64,000 nucleotides of DNA from Haliotis rubra (taxonomy: Eukaryota). The translations under genes and the position numbers were made by a program. Positions 60,653 to 64,000 of the stretch are shown one piece after another. The notes beneath the pieces were generated by a model. That model did not search any database and was not told the DNA's origin. It saw nothing but the letters and a program-made list of their open reading frames with translations. The stretch covers positions 3,038,001 to 3,102,000 of the forward strand of contig NW_025767002.1 of assembly GCF_003918875.1 (NCBI RefSeq), written 5' to 3'. Numbering within the stretch: position 1 is the stretch's first letter; each line of letters begins with the position of its first letter.

Positions 60653-62048
60653 CCGGGTATAAATTACGATGATCATTTGGTTCTAAATTGGATATTACTT
60701 TCACTGAACGAGAAATTCCTCATCACTGTCAGCTGATATACAGTCAATCTGCAAACACAAGTTTAAACATCAAAGGAAAGTCTTAAGACATCAAACACGC
60801 CCATTTATGATCAATACATGCGACAAAGCCTCAACCCTCAAACAAAAGGCCCTCTGGCCGTGGTGACATTCCCTTTACAACAGTGGCGCGGGGCACGGGT
60901 TTGTTTGATTCCGACAGTAAATTACCTGTTAATTACAAATACCTCCAGGAATTCCCACCGCGACACCTGATCATGTGGCTATTTTCCCCCTGCAGTTTGT
61001 GTCGACAAGCAACATTTAGTGTTTGTGGCAAATATGCGGCGAAACACGAAGGACATTTTAGGTGTTTGTCTACCACATACAAGAGACATTGCAGTACATG
61101 GGGCCAAGGGCATGGACAGACTGAGCTACTTTTACGGAACGAAAGAACCAGAAACCTCGCCCTTTTATTTATTTTATTTTTTAGCGGATAAAAAAGTACA
61201 TGTAGTGACTTTTTTCATCCATTACACATTGTCCAAACATTCATATGTTTATTTATAAAACCCACATTAAAATTAAACCAAATTGTATTATTTAAGAACC
61301 ACTTTGTATTTGAAACATATTTTTGTCATACGCGTTTTTCATGCATGTCTATTTACGATGTTTCACGAGATGATATTTCCCAGAGAAATAATTTAACGGC
61401 ACCTTACTTCAGTGGACAATGCATATATTTTTAGATAATAAACCCATAAACAAAGATATTAGAGACTACACCTTTTCCAATTAATAGCAAGGGTTAGAAG
61501 AGTAACATTCAGTTGTTTATACGGATATAAAGGTGTCAGTTGTAAATTATTTTGGGTTAATTACTGAACTGTAGAATAAAGAGCACATCCTGTTTTCACC
61601 CGACGTAACTCTTTAATATCATTTGCAATTTTTTTGTTAAATGCAAGTTTAAGTGTATCCCTTCTTTTGTCCGTCAGTATATATATACTGTCTTCACATA
61701 ATATTGACATGCCGAAATTTTGACAAGTACATTCAAGGTTATGACTGTTTTTCTCTCAAACGCCTTTTAATCCACGGGCCGCGTCATACCAAAAACAAAG
61801 AAACATCCCTGGAGTTACGCCCTCTTGTCCGCTTGGAGCGCTGCGATAGTTTTAGGCTGATATTGACTTATATAGGCCAGCCTAAATGACAGACGACATT
61901 AAACCTACTTGTTCTTCTGTAATACTTATGTCACGAATCTTGAATTGGCCCTAAGTAAAGACTGTACTCAAATCACGAAGGACTAGCATGTCTGAACGAG
62001 AAATATTTAGCTAATAATACTAACTAACTAACATTGCCATTTTTTCTT

Positions 62049-62219
62049 ACTGACTGACTGACTGAGTTTGGTTTTACGCCGCTTTTAGCAATATTCCAGC
62101 AACATCACGGCGGGGGACACCAGAAATAGGCTTCACACATTGTGCCCATGTGGGGATTCGAACCCGGGTCTTCGGCGTGACGAGCCAACGCTTTAACCAC
62201 TAGGCTACCCCACCGCCCC
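62049..62219 (-). mobile_element. SINE family A, near-consensus (AGTC)n-tail subfamily
   Basis: CpG-intact full-length copy. Confidence 0.93.
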
Positions 62220-62378
62220 TTGGCATTCCTTGGCATTTCTTACTGGGCAGAGTCAGACACCGTTGTGTCTCGAAATAATAGGTTGATACTGCTTATTCCT
62301 TCTTTAGTCAGCATTTCTCTGTTATGTAGAACCTTTGATAACTCGAAGTATTTACCAGGTTCCTTCAACTTTGGCGTA

Positions 62379-62729
62379 GGGGCGGTGGAGTAGCTTAGAG
62401 ATTAAAGCGTTCGATCGTCACGCCGAAGACCCGGTGCTGGAATGTTGATAAGCGCGGCGTAAAAAAAAAATCACTCACTAACTCAACTTCAGTGTTTGTA
62501 TTTGTTGCTACCCTGCCTGGTACTTGGAAAAAAACATGGATATGTTGGGCCGGAGTTAGTGTAGTGAGTGAGTGAGCTAGTTTTACGCCGCTTTTAGCAA
62601 TATTCCAGCAATATCACGACCGGAGACACCAGAAAGGGGCTTCACACATTTTACCCATGTGGGGACTCGAACCCGGGTCTTCGGCGTGGAGAACGAACGT
62701 TTCAACCACTAGGCTACCACACCGCCCCC
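62379..62729. mobile_element. SINE family A copies (+ 62379-62484 internally deleted; - 62562-62729)
   Basis: Second copy has TSD CCGGAGTTAG. Confidence 0.88.
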
Positions 62730-62929
62730 GGAGTTAGAGTTAACTGCAGCAAGGGCTAGCACTATTGAAACAGCCACAAACACACATGCATAATGCGTGC
62801 ACGTAGCCTAATTGGATTAATCTTACCACGTGACGTAAACCCTTTTCACTTCTACTTTTATTGCCTTTAATCACGAAAGGGCAACATGAATTGGTATATG
62901 TCACCTCAGTACTGTTGCCATGTGCTGAT

Positions 62930-63301
62930 AACAACTTTACGTCGCATTCCGCAACATTCCAGCTATATCCCGGCGGTCTGTGAATAATGGACCTGGGCCC
63001 CGTTTCACAAAGCTCTCGTAAGCCTAAGATCTCGTAATTTTTCTCGTAGCATTCGTACTTCATATGTTAGCGTATAGGAGGTGCGAATGCTATACGAGAA
63101 AGGTTACGAGATCTTAGGCTTACGAGAGCTGTGTGAAACGGGGCCCAGACAATCCAGTGATCAACATCATGAGCATCGATCTACGGAATTGGGATACGAT
63201 GACAACCAAGTCAGTGACCCTGACCACCCCATCCCGTTAGTCGCCTCGTATGACAAGCATGAGTTGCTGAAGACAAATTCTAGCCCGGGTCTTCACGGGT
63301 C
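62930..63301 (-). mobile_element. SINE-like family B interrupted by a MITE
   Basis: The halves join to family B sequence when 62996-63145 is removed. Confidence 0.85.
62996..63145. mobile_element. 150-bp fully palindromic MITE, Harbinger-like
   Basis: About 65-bp inverted arms starting GGCCCCGTTTCAC. Flanks CTG/CAG. Confidence 0.85.
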
Positions 63302-63306
63302 AATAT

Positions 63307-63492
63307 TAGTCTGTCGTACAGACCCTGAAGCAAATATATCCAAGAAAGCCCACGCAAGTCTAGAAAATGTGGCAAGTCTAGATTTCCTCAGCTTCAGGAA
63401 AATGAAGAAGTCTCAGGGCTCCTTTTCATTATATATATATATTTTTTTTACTATGAACTTTTTTCAGTAAAATATGTTCATTTCAGAGACTA
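63307..63492. mobile_element. Short TAGTCT..AGACTA element (Academ-like termini)
   Basis: Homologous to 56868-57082. No clear TSD. Confidence 0.6.
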
Positions 63493-63616
63493 GTTGTTAG
63501 TCTAGGGTCAACATATATAACAGCTGATAACAATATATTGTATAACAATGAGAGATAACCCTAAATGAACAATTGGAAAGAAGGTAAGCATTCATTTGCT
63601 TAATTACGCATTGTCT

Positions 63617-63996
63617 GAACTCTGCAATATTCCAGCTATATGTCGGCAGTCTGTAGATGAGTGAGTGAGTGAGTTTAGTTTCACGCCGCTTTTACAACAT
63701 TCCAGCAATATCACGGCGGGGGACACCAGATATGCGCTTCACACACTGCACCCATGTGAGGAATCGAACCCGGATGTGCGGGGCTTTAACCACTAGACTA
63801 CCCCACCACCACCGTCTGTAGAGTCTTGACCAGAAAATTCAGTGATTGACATCATGAGCATCGATTTAAGCAATTGGGATACGATGACACCCATGAACCA
63901 AGTGAGCGAACTTGACCGCCAGATCCCGTTAGTGCATCGTACAAGATGGGTTGTTGAAGGCCAATTCTGAGCTAATTCAACTAGTCTTCACGGGGT
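63617..63996 (-). mobile_element. SINE-like family B with nested SINE family A (63658-63813)
   Basis: The inner copy is flanked by TSD GTCTGTAGA inside the family B tail. Confidence 0.85.
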
Positions 63997-64000
63997 TTAG

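Noticed and set aside
60350-60736. ER/SL-repeat ORFs
   Set aside because: Translation of the (GA)n microsatellite.
62140-62219. tRNA-Asp-like gene (also tRNA-like heads at 25943, 43600, 45637)
   Set aside because: No complete acceptor stem, and each continues into a SINE body. These are SINE heads, not tRNA genes.

Overview
AT-rich eukaryotic genomic DNA. The repeat landscape looks molluscan, possibly abalone-like; this is an inference from recalled repeat families. The only host gene I can support is the 5' part of a prominin (CD133-family) gene on the minus strand. It has ten GT-AG coding exons from the ATG at 55885 down to 342, about 394 codons, and continues past the window start. The first coding intron is about 39.9 kb, and an apparent 1-nt frameshift lies in exon 7. 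The rest is intronic or upstream DNA dense with repeats: over 30 tRNA-Asp-derived SINEs, a second SINE-like family with a non-tRNA structured 5' head, two Meta/MESC-like SINEs, a Rex1/Babar-like LINE 3' end, Kolobok-, Harbinger-, Academ- and Helentron-like non-autonomous elements, minisatellites, a 1.16 kb tandem duplication and two N-gaps. The most unusual signals are (i) a family of short TSD-flanked insertions carrying minimal hammerhead-ribozyme motifs, one being an exact 114-nt circular permutation split inside CUGAUGA, and (ii) the pseudoknot-like head of the second SINE family. All alignments and folds were done by eye. Most ORF-track ORFs are repeat artefacts.
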